Under the pieces are notes generated by a model that had not been told where the DNA came from, made no database searches, and saw only the letters and a list, made by a program, of their open reading frames with translations. A stretch of DNA of 64,000 nt from Candidatus Thorarchaeota archaeon (lineage in GTDB: Archaea; Asgardarchaeota; Thorarchaeia; Thorarchaeales; Thorarchaeaceae), in NCBI GenBank assembly GCA_048884965.1, contig JBHLQH010000004.1:96001-160000 (forward strand). The letters run 5' to 3'. Below, one piece after another: positions 7,521-17,291 of this stretch (position 1 is its first letter; each line of letters opens with the position of its first letter). Position numbers and translations under genes: made by a program.

Positions 7521-10424
7521 ATGAAGCGCACGCTTATTCTTATCATTTTAGTAATATCCACATTCATGGTCTTCAATCCAACCCCACAGAATCAATCACC
7601 TTTTGTTGAACTCGGAAGGGAGATTTCTATTATTGAAGACTTCAATGATAGTGGAGAGAAGCAGGATGTGACTGTCCGCTTTGATAGAGAGCTAACTCTA
7701 TCAGAGATAGAATACTATGAGAGTAGAGGTATAGACTTCGGAGAAAAGATTCAGAACATCGGTTCAATATACATTGTGAAAGCATCACAACTTGCCCTAG
7801 ACAATCTTGGGAAGGATACTAGGTTTGAGAGCACAGAACCACTGAAACAACCAAGGTATCAAATGCCAAGAGATGTTTCGATAACTGATTGCTATGCGGA
7901 TATCGCTCAACAAATGCAGGACTACTATGGATGCAACCTTACAGGAGAAGGGATTCTAGTTGCAGACTTAGACACTGGCGTTCAGTGGAGACACCCGGAT
8001 TTCTTCTTTGCCGATGGACCGAGTATACACTACTTTGAAACTTCAGGGACTCCACCGAATATGTGGATTTTCAATAATGGAACAGATGGAGTAGATCTGA
8101 ACAACAATTTCGCAATCGAAAGCAACGAGAAGCTCTATGCAATTGATGTCAATGAAAATGCCGCAATAGATGCTGATGTCGATTGGATATGGTTAGATAA
8201 TGGAACCACAGTAGGGGCTATTGATGATGGTGATGCATTCTTTGCAGTAAACGATACAGACTCCGATAATGTAGTAGAAGGTGTTGATTACTTAGTCAGA
8301 TTAAAGACACCTAAGACGAAGTATCTCGTTCACAAGGTGTCTGGATTCATTCAAGCTTGGGAGAGAGGAGTCAATTTAACTTCAAGTACATTCTATGATA
8401 CGGATGGACATGGTACTGGTGTAGCAGGAATTCTAAATGGAGGGCAATTAGGGTATAGAAAATATGTCGGAGTTGCACCTGACGCAGAGCTCATGGCCAT
8501 CAATATCTTTGGTAATGATGGCCTTACAGTAGAGGAAGGGCTTGTCTATGCAAGAGATCATGGAGCAGATGTGATACTCATAGAGGTAGGCTCTTGGACG
8601 TATGAGTTCTTAGATGGATCCAGTAATGTCGAATTAATGATTGATACACTAACAGCAAGTGGCATACCGGTTATTGTGCCGGCTGGAAACCTTAGAGGAG
8701 CAAATCGACACGCAGCAAGAACTGGAACAGCCAATACCATACAATCAACGGACTTCCGAATCCCAACATCACTTGGAGCGACAGAAGTATATCTCACAGT
8801 TCTTTGTGACAAATTGGTGAATAATGCTCAAGTGAATATCACCGAGCCAACTTCCTCAGGCAGCATTGTACACCAGCTCAGTTTCGGAATCGGTTACTAT
8901 CAATGGACCACTGCATCATATGGCGTTAATGTCACAATAGATGCGTTCATTGCGAATTCAACGAGAGCTGGTTGGTACATGATTGCTGTTGATATTAGAG
9001 GAACTATAAAGGACACATCCTACTGGTCTATTGATATTGAGAATACTCAGAATGCTCAATATCACTTCTACATCTCTGATGACGCAAGTGCATGGAGTGG
9101 AGGAGCAGAATGGTATGGACCACATGGAGTCACGAATCAAAATACGATTACATGGCCATCAACAGCGGATACAGCAATATCTGTTGCATCATATCACACT
9201 AGATCAATATGGGCAACAGCAGGTTCTTTGGCGTCGTTCTCATCAGAAGGTCCCAGAGTTGATGGAAATAGTAAGATGTCAATTGCTGCGCCTGGAGGAT
9301 GGGATGTCATCTCAGCATGGTCAAGTGACTCTGCATGGGCAACATGGTATGATAATTACGGAGGTCTCGCGTTAGATTCCGTATTTGGAGGATATAGACT
9401 CTTTAGCGGAACTTCAGCATCTGGACCTCATGTTGCTGGGGCAGCAGCACTTATCCTCCAGCTCAATGCAGATTGTGGTTCAATTGTTAAGGACATTATC
9501 GAATCCACAGCATATAATGACGGGTTTACAGGAGTGATACCTCCGCCACCCGGGGTAGCGAATATCGGTTGGGGGTATGGTAAGCTTAATGTTTCAAATG
9601 CAATAGAAGAAACGATGAAGCTCCCCGTCATCTGGGAAGTACAGGAAAATCCCTTGCCACCAGAATACAATGAAACATTCGTTGTAACAGTCAATGTGTC
9701 AAATGCTGATTTTGTGGTCTTCGATTGGACTTCCAACGCTTGGTCATCAATGATTCATTCAAACATGACTCTATCTAGTGGAGTGTATACAGCTTCAATA
9801 CCTAGTCATGCGTACTCAACTGCTATAGAATACAAAGTGATACCGATCAACTCCTCTGCTATTGGAGGACCAGTATATGGTGGAGATTACACTGTTGTAG
9901 ACACTATTGCTCCTGTAATAGGTTCATACTGGCATAACGCTACAGGGACAGTTGTTGATCCAACATTCATAGACATCGCCATCCAAGCAACGGAACCCGT
10001 AAACGCATCAGGCATATGGGCAGTGGATATAGAGTTCACACTGGATAACTGGGTATCTATAAACTACATCACAATGACCTACAATGGAACCCATTGGATT
10101 GGTATGATAACCCCCGCACCAGCACCATTCACTGTCCAGTTCAGAGTCGCGGTATGGGATAATGCGATGAACATAGCAAGGACATCCAGCTTCTCGTACA
10201 CTGTGACACCGGCAACGACTACGACAACAACTACAACCACTACAACCACAACGACCACAACAACAACTACAACAGATACAGGTACTACTTCGGATACTAT
10301 TACTGGACCGACAACGACTTTCAACTTGCCAGAATGGATTCAAGAAAACATGACCTTGGTGTTAGTTGCTGGAACAATCCTGTTGCTGCTGATCATCATA
10401 GTAGCGTGTAGGCGACGGAACTAG
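7521..10424 (+). CDS. Secreted, membrane-anchored S8 (subtilisin-like) serine peptidase with Ig-like modules and a Thr-rich stalk
   Basis: Signal peptide; DLDTG, HGTGVAG, GTSASGPHVAG catalytic motifs; C-terminal TM helix followed by RRRN. Confidence 0.93.
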   Translation: MKRTLILIILVISTFMVFNPTPQNQSPFVELGREISIIEDFNDSGEKQDVTVRFDRELTLSEIEYYESRGIDFGEKIQNIGSIYIVKASQLALDNLGKDTRFESTEPLKQPRYQMPRDVSITDCYADIAQQMQDYYGCNLTGEGILVADLDTGVQWRHPDFFFADGPSIHYFETSGTPPNMWIFNNGTDGVDLNNNFAIESNEKLYAIDVNENAAIDADVDWIWLDNGTTVGAIDDGDAFFAVNDTDSDNVVEGVDYLVRLKTPKTKYLVHKVSGFIQAWERGVNLTSSTFYDTDGHGTGVAGILNGGQLGYRKYVGVAPDAELMAINIFGNDGLTVEEGLVYARDHGADVILIEVGSWTYEFLDGSSNVELMIDTLTASGIPVIVPAGNLRGANRHAARTGTANTIQSTDFRIPTSLGATEVYLTVLCDKLVNNAQVNITEPTSSGSIVHQLSFGIGYYQWTTASYGVNVTIDAFIANSTRAGWYMIAVDIRGTIKDTSYWSIDIENTQNAQYHFYISDDASAWSGGAEWYGPHGVTNQNTITWPSTADTAISVASYHTRSIWATAGSLASFSSEGPRVDGNSKMSIAAPGGWDVISAWSSDSAWATWYDNYGGLALDSVFGGYRLFSGTSASGPHVAGAAALILQLNADCGSIVKDIIESTAYNDGFTGVIPPPPGVANIGWGYGKLNVSNAIEETMKLPVIWEVQENPLPPEYNETFVVTVNVSNADFVVFDWTSNAWSSMIHSNMTLSSGVYTASIPSHAYSTAIEYKVIPINSSAIGGPVYGGDYTVVDTIAPVIGSYWHNATGTVVDPTFIDIAIQATEPVNASGIWAVDIEFTLDNWVSINYITMTYNGTHWIGMITPAPAPFTVQFRVAVWDNAMNIARTSSFSYTVTPATTTTTTTTTTTTTTTTTTTTDTGTTSDTITGPTTTFNLPEWIQENMTLVLVAGTILLLLIIIVACRRRN
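10201..10320 (+). repeat. ACN-codon low-complexity repeat encoding a poly-Thr linker
   Basis: More than 20 consecutive Thr codons with mixed third positions. Confidence 0.9.
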
Positions 10425-10431
10425 CAAGAAT

Positions 10432-10468
10432 AGAAGCTCTCCTGTAGGGAGCTTCTCCATCCTTTTTT
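10432..10468 (+). terminator. Hairpin + T-tract after the S8 peptidase
   Basis: AGAAGCTC...GAGCTTCT stem followed by TTTTTT at 10463-10468. Confidence 0.6.
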
Positions 10469-10545
10469 AGAGCCAAGAATATATTTTGCGGATTCCATAA
10501 ATTAATAGTAGAATTGGCAATCAAGTAGTATAGGAGCGAAATCAT

Positions 10546-11196
10546 TTGACAGAGGAATCCAAGTGCGACCCGATCTATTTTGATGAAACTTGTGGGTTCA
10601 TTGACAGAGTGAAGGCCCAACTTAGACTGACACAAGGCACTGAAATCGCACGAAGATATCTGGCGATGAATGCATTTGACGGCATCCTTCCAGTTTTGGG
10701 AATCATTATGGGCGGATTTGCGTCCCTAGCCTTCCAAGATTCACTAGTAATATTTGAAACTTCGATTCTCGCTATTTTCGCAACGAGTTTTGCTATGCTC
10801 ATCTCAGGCATAACATCATCCTATCTTACCGAAGGAGCGGAGAGAAAACGAGATATCGAGGAACTAGAGCGCGCCTTGCTGAAAAGCCTTGATGGTAGTA
10901 TAATTGTAAAGGCGACAAAAACAACAACATTAGTGGTATCTTTCATAAATGGTATTTCGCCATTTGGTGCAGCCATGATCACATCCGCTCCCTTGCTCTT
11001 GGTATTTCTTGGTTTACCAATAGCAACCGCATTCGCATTCTCTGTTCTCGTTGCAATGCTGCTGCTCTTCATCCTAGGCCTCTTCTTGGGAAGGATCTCG
11101 AAATCGAATATGCTTGCCTATGGGTTGAAGACACTAGCAGCAGGAATACTAGTTGTGATCATGATATGGTTCTTCTCAAATCTAACAGGCTATTGA
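10546..11196 (+). CDS. VIT1/CCC1-family membrane protein (putative Fe/Mn transporter)
   Basis: RRYLAMNAFDG..G, SGITSSYLTEGAE, LFILGLFLGRIS; 5 TM segments. Confidence 0.82.
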   Translation: MTEESKCDPIYFDETCGFIDRVKAQLRLTQGTEIARRYLAMNAFDGILPVLGIIMGGFASLAFQDSLVIFETSILAIFATSFAMLISGITSSYLTEGAERKRDIEELERALLKSLDGSIIVKATKTTTLVVSFINGISPFGAAMITSAPLLLVFLGLPIATAFAFSVLVAMLLLFILGLFLGRISKSNMLAYGLKTLAAGILVVIMIWFFSNLTGY

Positions 11197-11199
11197 AGA

Positions 11200-11610
11200 T
11201 CAATTCTCGGATGGATACCGTGCTGAATAGAGATAGCTTGTCAGTAAGAAGAAGACAAGGATCACTGGTATAACAAGTGACACGAGAGACCCTTCTATGG
11301 TGACAAATTGATTGGATATGGCAATTAACCTGTTGATGTAAATCCCTACTATAACAGGAAACACTGTAATCAAGAGAATATCCTTCCTCTCTATTGGCTT
11401 TCTATCAGCCCATAACAGGAGTAGGGTCCAACCAAACATGAGTGGGGCACCCATACCCATCGCAAACATATAATCAAAGCCCGGAGCAAATGATTCGAAG
11501 CCCTCCATAACTGCAAAGAGATCTGGAGAGATCATCGCCAAACCAACAAACGCATCAATTAGGGCACCTGCCCAATAACTGATTCTTAGTAGTAGTATAT
11601 TTCGTTCCAT
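11200..11610 (-). CDS. 4-TM membrane protein of unknown function, divergent from MarR
   Basis: Hydrophobic ORF; probable start at 11610 (MERNILLLR), alternative 11631. Confidence 0.75.
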   Translation of the reverse strand: MERNILLLRISYWAGALIDAFVGLAMISPDLFAVMEGFESFAPGFDYMFAMGMGAPLMFGWTLLLLWADRKPIERKDILLITVFPVIVGIYINRLIAISNQFVTIEGSLVSLVIPVILVFFLLTSYLYSARYPSEN

Positions 11611-11625
11611 TTCAATCACTTTTAT

Positions 11626-11690
11626 TTCCATATTGGAATGTTTTCACAGTGGAATTAATAACGATATATATAAATATTCCCACTGTGGAA
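11626..11690. promoter_or_regulatory. Three palindromic TTCCA-N3-TGGAA-type operator sites around a TATA box
   Basis: TTCCATATTGGAA 11626-11638, TTTCACAGTGGAA 11642-11654, TCCCACTGTGGAA 11678-11690; ATATATATAAATA 11664-11676. Confidence 0.7.
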
Positions 11691-11723
11691 ATAATTTAGT
11701 ATGGATAGAACTGGCGAGGCGAA

Positions 11724-12161
11724 ATGATGTCGAATATTGAAGAGATCGTGGAACTGTTTACGAAAATTCTAGAGTCAGTCACCTTTGCCATTGAAGAGCT
11801 GGAATTCAATCAGCATCAGGTAGGGAGAGGTATTTTCATCATCGATTATATTGGGAATAATGAACCGTGTAATCTGAAGGATATCTATGAGAATACAAAA
11901 TTCCCTCCAAGCACAGCGTCTCGAAGGGTAGACGAGCTCGTGAAAGCTGGATTCATTGAAAGAGCAAGATCAGAAGAAGATAGACGAGAAATCATTCTTC
12001 AATTGACTGAGGATGGTCTTACAGTCTTCAGGATCTTCAGAGATCATCGAATCAAATCGCTCAAGCAATTTCTCAAGTCATTTGATTCGAACGAGGTTGA
12101 AAACTTCACGCGGATTCTTCGACACCTTGTAGATAATCATGAAGATATCTTTGTCATCTAA
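11724..12161 (+). CDS. MarR-family transcriptional regulator
   Basis: STASRRVDELVKAGFIER..SEEDRR..LQLTEDG. Confidence 0.92.
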   Translation: MMSNIEEIVELFTKILESVTFAIEELEFNQHQVGRGIFIIDYIGNNEPCNLKDIYENTKFPPSTASRRVDELVKAGFIERARSEEDRREIILQLTEDGLTVFRIFRDHRIKSLKQFLKSFDSNEVENFTRILRHLVDNHEDIFVI

Positions 12162-12235
12162 TGGTTGTAGTCCTGTCAACAAAACTAAGTAGAACATAAT
12201 GCATACCATACTCACGTGTATTGGGAGGTTATCCA

Positions 12236-13075
12236 TTGAGCATAGAATTACCTGAGATAGAAATTCTATCCAAACAGATGAATGAGATAATGACTTCAAA
12301 GAGCATATCTGATGTGCGTGTGGAGAATTACGAAAAGCTCCAGAATTCAAGCTTCTTCAATAAGGATACCACTACGTACAGTAATCTTGTTGGTTGTAAA
12401 ATTAGGGAAGTTACAGGAAGAGGAACCGTCATCAGAATCAGAATGGACAAAGAAAGGAATCTCTTGTTAGCTCCAGAAATGGGCGGAGAGCTTAGATTGT
12501 TCTCAAACGAAGCTGATATGCCTAAGAAATATCATCTTCGAGTGGACTTCACAGATGGCAGTATCTTCTCGATCTATCTGAAAGGGTATGGATTAGTTTA
12601 TGCCTCAAATGATTCGAATCTCTCCAATGTCTACTCGTATAACAGAGATTTCCTTAATGGAGTTTCACCATTAGAAGAGGATTACACACTTGATTATGTA
12701 AAGAGAGCCCTTGAAGAGAAAGATAGGAATCTGAAGACCCTACTCGTAGGGAAAGAAGCCATTGTTGTAGGATATGGTAATGCAGGATTCCAAGAGATCG
12801 CATTTGATTCTGGAATTCATCCCAAAAGAAAGAGTTCGACACTATCCATTACAGAAAAGAAGGCTCTGTTCAAGGCTATTAGAAGAGTCACAGATATGAG
12901 AATCAAGCAGGGAGGAAAGGACTCATTCACCGATCTATTCGGGAACAAAGGAAATCATGTTCCACTGATTGGAGGACATCTGAGAGATATGGCATGTCCA
13001 AAGTGCGGTACGATCATCGAGAGGTTGATGTTCGGTGGTGGACCTACCTATCTTTGTCCATCTTGTCAAATCTAA
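12236..13075 (+). CDS. Fpg/Nei-family DNA glycosylase-like protein with an atypical N-terminus
   Basis: ELPE N-terminal motif, H2TH region (LKTLL..GYGN..GIHP), C-terminal CPKC..CPSCQ zinc finger; GGAGGT SD at 12224-12229 favours TTG 12236. Confidence 0.88.
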   Translation: MSIELPEIEILSKQMNEIMTSKSISDVRVENYEKLQNSSFFNKDTTTYSNLVGCKIREVTGRGTVIRIRMDKERNLLLAPEMGGELRLFSNEADMPKKYHLRVDFTDGSIFSIYLKGYGLVYASNDSNLSNVYSYNRDFLNGVSPLEEDYTLDYVKRALEEKDRNLKTLLVGKEAIVVGYGNAGFQEIAFDSGIHPKRKSSTLSITEKKALFKAIRRVTDMRIKQGGKDSFTDLFGNKGNHVPLIGGHLRDMACPKCGTIIERLMFGGGPTYLCPSCQI

Positions 13076-13140
13076 AATATCTCATTTCATCAACACATTG
13101 ACCACAGATAGAAAGAAATGGGACTCAATATGCTGGAAAC

Positions 13141-13890
13141 GTGAGGAACATGGTAGAGCTGATAATTGGAGAACTCACACAGACTGACATCATCCTAGCA
13201 CTATTCACTGGTCTGGCAGGAGGCATAATCCTGGCATTGGCATATGTGATGGCTGAGAGAGGTGTAGACCATTGGAAACCTAGGAAAATGGTCCATATCG
13301 GGATGGGCTCAATCATTGCTCTAACTGTTCATGCCTATGCCACCATCAGTGGACCGGCCTTAGCTGCAGGCATCTTCCTGACCATTCTTATGTATGCATG
13401 GGCTCATAAGAGTGATTTAATCGCGGAACTACTAGTTGCTGGAAGTAGAGAAAATGAGAGTTCTCTCAATACCTTCGCTTCGGGATTCATGGGAATGATT
13501 GCATTCATGGTGGCATTTCTCCTATTCTTCCAACGTCCAGAGATCTTTGTTGCAGCAATCTTGGCAGTGGCTTGGGGTGATGCTGCAGGTGAGGTTGTGG
13601 GAAGGTCTGTAGGAGGAACGATTTCTAGTAGAAAATTCCGAGGGAAATCAGTTGAAGGAAGCTTTGGCGTTTGGACCATGACTATTGTGTCAATTATGGT
13701 AGCTATGTTTCTGTACTCTATAGATGCGTGTCCATTATGTGTAATCGGTCAAATAGCGGTTATAGGAATCGTCATTATGATCATCGAGCTATTCAGTATT
13801 GGATGGACTGATAACTTCCTTATTCCTCTAGCAACAGCTTTCCTCATGTGGCTCCTGATATTCCCCGGGATGCCACTCTTTCTGGCCTAA
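13141..13890 (+). CDS. CTP-dependent polyprenol (dolichol/phytol)/DAG kinase family membrane protein
   Basis: RKMVHIG, WGDAAGEVVG, KSVEGS and DNFLIP motifs. Confidence 0.85.
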   Translation: MRNMVELIIGELTQTDIILALFTGLAGGIILALAYVMAERGVDHWKPRKMVHIGMGSIIALTVHAYATISGPALAAGIFLTILMYAWAHKSDLIAELLVAGSRENESSLNTFASGFMGMIAFMVAFLLFFQRPEIFVAAILAVAWGDAAGEVVGRSVGGTISSRKFRGKSVEGSFGVWTMTIVSIMVAMFLYSIDACPLCVIGQIAVIGIVIMIIELFSIGWTDNFLIPLATAFLMWLLIFPGMPLFLA

Positions 13891-13896
13891 ACTGGC

Positions 13897-14802
13897 TTAC
13901 TCCCAATCAATAATCCGAGTGATGCCACTCTCACCAAGCTCACAGACTAGCTTCAGCTCCGCAAGAATACTTGTCCATCCGACATCATAACCAACCGCAG
14001 CTTCAGGAGATTTAAAGCCATGATGATGGAGGCTAACAAGGGTCGAATCCTTTACCTCTTCAAAGCGAATATTCACCAATGTTTCGGGTTCATCTCCGTA
14101 GACCCAAGTGAATTCGAGCTCTTTCTCGGGAATCATTTTGCGAAATATTAGCGGACCTTTTCCCTCTGCCCACCATGTATAGATACCAGCATATTGTCTA
14201 TCAACGACTGGATCATCAGCTCGAATGAAATGTCGAAGCTTCTCTGGATTCACCCAAACATCAAAAGGCAAAACTGGAGGAGCTCGTATGAGAACACTCA
14301 GCCGAATATCCTGAGAATCATACGGAGTTACTCTTAGAGGATGATAATCAGTATAATCGAACTTGAAAGCAGGTTCGCCTAGCTCAATCACAGCCTTGAA
14401 ATTTGCCAAAAGGATATTCCAGTGATCTGAAAGATGAAGGTCCTTCGCTCCATCTGGTATCGCCCCATGCTTCACATCTATTTGCGTTCCAATGGGGATT
14501 GCAACGAACCGAATGACAAAGAGCGTTTCGGAGCCGAGGATGCCCCAGCTAAAGAGTATAGCCCTAGGGGACTTATAGCGCCGAATATTCCAGGTGTTCT
14601 CCATCTCTGGCGTTGTGGGTGCATTCTTACCAGAGAAGCGAATGTAACCATGGGGGGATAAATCAGCGCTGATTTCATTTCCCAACCATTGTGTCATAAT
14701 GACAGGATTAAGGAAGCTCTCCCATACCTCATCTAGCGGATGAGCTATCCGAACTGACAGGTGAATGATAGGCATTACATCCTCCACTGGCTGTTCAGCC
14801 AC
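13897..14802 (-). CDS. Tandem SRPBCC (AHSA1/START-like) domain protein
   Basis: Two repeats of I.AP...VW...NP ... F.W ... H ... W...LA.(F/L)K. Confidence 0.85.
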   Translation of the reverse strand: MAEQPVEDVMPIIHLSVRIAHPLDEVWESFLNPVIMTQWLGNEISADLSPHGYIRFSGKNAPTTPEMENTWNIRRYKSPRAILFSWGILGSETLFVIRFVAIPIGTQIDVKHGAIPDGAKDLHLSDHWNILLANFKAVIELGEPAFKFDYTDYHPLRVTPYDSQDIRLSVLIRAPPVLPFDVWVNPEKLRHFIRADDPVVDRQYAGIYTWWAEGKGPLIFRKMIPEKELEFTWVYGDEPETLVNIRFEEVKDSTLVSLHHHGFKSPEAAVGYDVGWTSILAELKLVCELGESGITRIIDWE

Positions 14803-14928
14803 GATACCACACTCTCTATTTCAATACTCTATGTTCCTTATCTTTTTGCTTATTGAATCAACAGAACATGTGAGTACAGACATATCAGCATTTTCCGTTT
14901 ATAGACTATCAGGTAGTGGAACTCAAAT

Positions 14929-14960
14929 AAGAAAGAAAAAAAGAGAGGGTCTTTCGACCC
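14929..14960 (-). terminator. GGGTC-GAAA-GACCC hairpin + long T-tract
   Basis: Minus strand reads GGGTCGAAAGACCCTCTCTTTTTTTCTTTCTT just after the stop at 14971. Confidence 0.7.
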
Positions 14961-14970
14961 CACAATCGAT

Positions 14971-16143
14971 CTATTGCATTGGTTTATTCAAGGGCCACTT
15001 TCGCCAAAGGTATGCGAATACCAGCTGAACCCAGAGAAGGACCAGTAGGAATGGAGTCAGGTTGTCGAAGAAAGGATTACCTACATACAGGATGGAGAGA
15101 ATTGGTGCGATATAGTAAGATGCAATGAAGAAGATAGTTCCTAAGACAACAATGAATATCAAGCGTATCAGGAAATTCTTACTTTGGCTGTAGCCTTTCG
15201 GCCAGTTATCCATGAAAAGAGATACCGCAATTACAGCCATTATCAACCAATCCGCATAGGCAACATTCCACAATCCTACTGCCACAGCTTGCTGAGTTAG
15301 TCCAGGGTCAGGAAAACCAAAGGCAAAAAACATTGGAACAGTTATGAAAAAGCCAACATATCCTGCTACGATTACCCAAAGATAACCTAAGACTATACAG
15401 ACGATGAAGGCAACAATACCGATTAGAGGTTGTTTGCCCGCTTTATTCCATGGCCAATACTCGAATGCCATCAATGTCAATAGTGAGAAGAATATCGTCC
15501 ATTGTGTCCAAGCCATGTTTATGCCGTATGCTGGTAGTACCCATGATAGGGGATCAGCAAGTACAGCCGCAGGATTTCCAAATGGGAAGAATAAGAATAA
15601 CCAGGTCACTAATGTGATTATCCATCCAATGATGAACACGATAGCTCCACGTACTGGTTGCTTCTTGTCGAATACAGGCCAATACATTGTTCCCGCAACC
15701 CACAGTACTGCAAAGGAGAAGCAGGCTCCGGAAAGAGACCCGAAGATTGCCCAACCAACGCCAAGTCTAACAAATGGGTCTACAATACCCAAACTTGAAG
15801 CGTAAGCCTCAGCAAACGCATTTGCCACAAAGAAGAAGACGAGAGCAACGACTACATTCAGAATAGTAGCTGCTAGTCCAACCTTCCATGGTGTCTTCAA
15901 TTTATAGAATGGCCAATTCTCAAACCAAATGGCAAAAAGAACAGCCATCAAGCCAAAACCACCAAATAATGATATAGCCGCAGAAAATGGAGAAAAGCCA
16001 ATCACATACCATACTGCGATTGATACAAGGAATGTCCAGATCAATGCAATAATACCTGCGATAGGTTGTTTCCAGCGCGGCATCATTACCAACGGTGCTT
16101 CTTCAGCTTCAGGGATTCCGATTTTATCACCCGTTAATGCCAA
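14971..16143 (-). CDS. Polytopic membrane protein with internal WP..QP..G repeats (putative transporter)
   Basis: About 10 TM segments; repeats FENWPF, MYWPVF, FEYWPW, MDNWPK, WRKWPL; GAGGTG SD before TTG. Confidence 0.75.
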   Translation of the reverse strand: MALTGDKIGIPEAEEAPLVMMPRWKQPIAGIIALIWTFLVSIAVWYVIGFSPFSAAISLFGGFGLMAVLFAIWFENWPFYKLKTPWKVGLAATILNVVVALVFFFVANAFAEAYASSLGIVDPFVRLGVGWAIFGSLSGACFSFAVLWVAGTMYWPVFDKKQPVRGAIVFIIGWIITLVTWLFLFFPFGNPAAVLADPLSWVLPAYGINMAWTQWTIFFSLLTLMAFEYWPWNKAGKQPLIGIVAFIVCIVLGYLWVIVAGYVGFFITVPMFFAFGFPDPGLTQQAVAVGLWNVAYADWLIMAVIAVSLFMDNWPKGYSQSKNFLIRLIFIVVLGTIFFIASYYIAPILSILYVGNPFFDNLTPFLLVLLWVQLVFAYLWRKWPLNKPMQ

Positions 16144-16448
16144 ATCTCTACACCTCTCTCAAAAAAGGAGATTAGCTAAAATCTAATACATTCCCCCTAC
16201 TTTAAGACTTCGAAAACTAAAACGAATAGTGATTTGAGCAACGGGAACCTAAAGCACTCTCTGTCAGAATCATCATGATGTAGGACCAATGTCTGAAGAG
16301 CAAGAATCAAGGGAATTTGATTAAAGCACTAACAAGCCTATGGGTTTCTTGGTCTGAGTCCAAATCTTTGGTATCCATCCATAGTAATAGCAATTTGCTA
16401 ACTCTGCATTTTTTAGGTAGAAAGACACTCTTAGACTGGTGAGAAACC

Positions 16449-17222
16449 ATGCAAGTAGTAACGATTGATGAAAGAGAGATAGCATACAAGATAAGTGGTA
16501 ATGAGTCAGGTCCAAAGTTGATTCTAATCCACGGACTCTTCGTTAACAGTGACTGTTGGAGAGATCAGCTATCATTCTTCGAAAAGAACTACCATGTTAT
16601 GAGATTTGATTTGTACGGACATGGACGTTCTCACAAGCCGGGCAAGAGATTTACTATTAGAAACTATGTAACTGATATGGTGAACCTTCTGAATCATATT
16701 GGGTGGGTTGAGGACCTTGTCATAATGGGGCATTCACTTGGAGGGATGATTGCTCTTGTCTTTTCCTTGGAGAACCCAGCAAGTGTTAGCAAACTCGTCA
16801 TTTCTAGCTCCTACTGCTTCGTTAGCAATGAAGCTATTACAGATGTTGCTGGACGAGTCAACAGCAATCCCATCGAGAAGTTTGGATTAGGCATAGGCAA
16901 ACGGGGTCTGAATCCCTACAATGAGGAGGATGCACAATGGATTGCCAAGCAGGTAAGCGATCACCTTACAAGTAATGATGCCCTACTTGCTACCGCAGCC
17001 TCAGCAGGTTTCAATATTTGTGAGAATCTGAGGAATTTGACCATCCCGACCCTCCTTATCGTAGGAGAGAAGGATATCACAACACCAGTTTGGGCCTCTG
17101 AGATGTTACACGAATGGTTACCTCATTCTGAAATTGAGGTGATTTCTGGAGCAGCGCATTTAGTTATCATTGATCACTCTGAGGAATTCAATACATTAGT
17201 GGCAAAATTCCTTGAAAAGTGA
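16449..17222 (+). CDS. Alpha/beta-fold hydrolase
   Basis: LIHG, DLYGHGRS, GHSLGG nucleophile elbow, GEKD, AAH. Confidence 0.93.
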   Translation: MQVVTIDEREIAYKISGNESGPKLILIHGLFVNSDCWRDQLSFFEKNYHVMRFDLYGHGRSHKPGKRFTIRNYVTDMVNLLNHIGWVEDLVIMGHSLGGMIALVFSLENPASVSKLVISSSYCFVSNEAITDVAGRVNSNPIEKFGLGIGKRGLNPYNEEDAQWIAKQVSDHLTSNDALLATAASAGFNICENLRNLTIPTLLIVGEKDITTPVWASEMLHEWLPHSEIEVISGAAHLVIIDHSEEFNTLVAKFLEK

Positions 17223-17291
17223 GCTGCAATCCACACGAGGATTCCTTATTTTGAGAGAAACCAAGTGGGCAAAACCTGAAGGGAGAAAGAT

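Noticed and set aside
10079-10324. Poly-Val and Cys/Ser-rich ORFs on the minus strand
   Set aside because: Shadow frames of the poly-Thr linker in the S8 gene.
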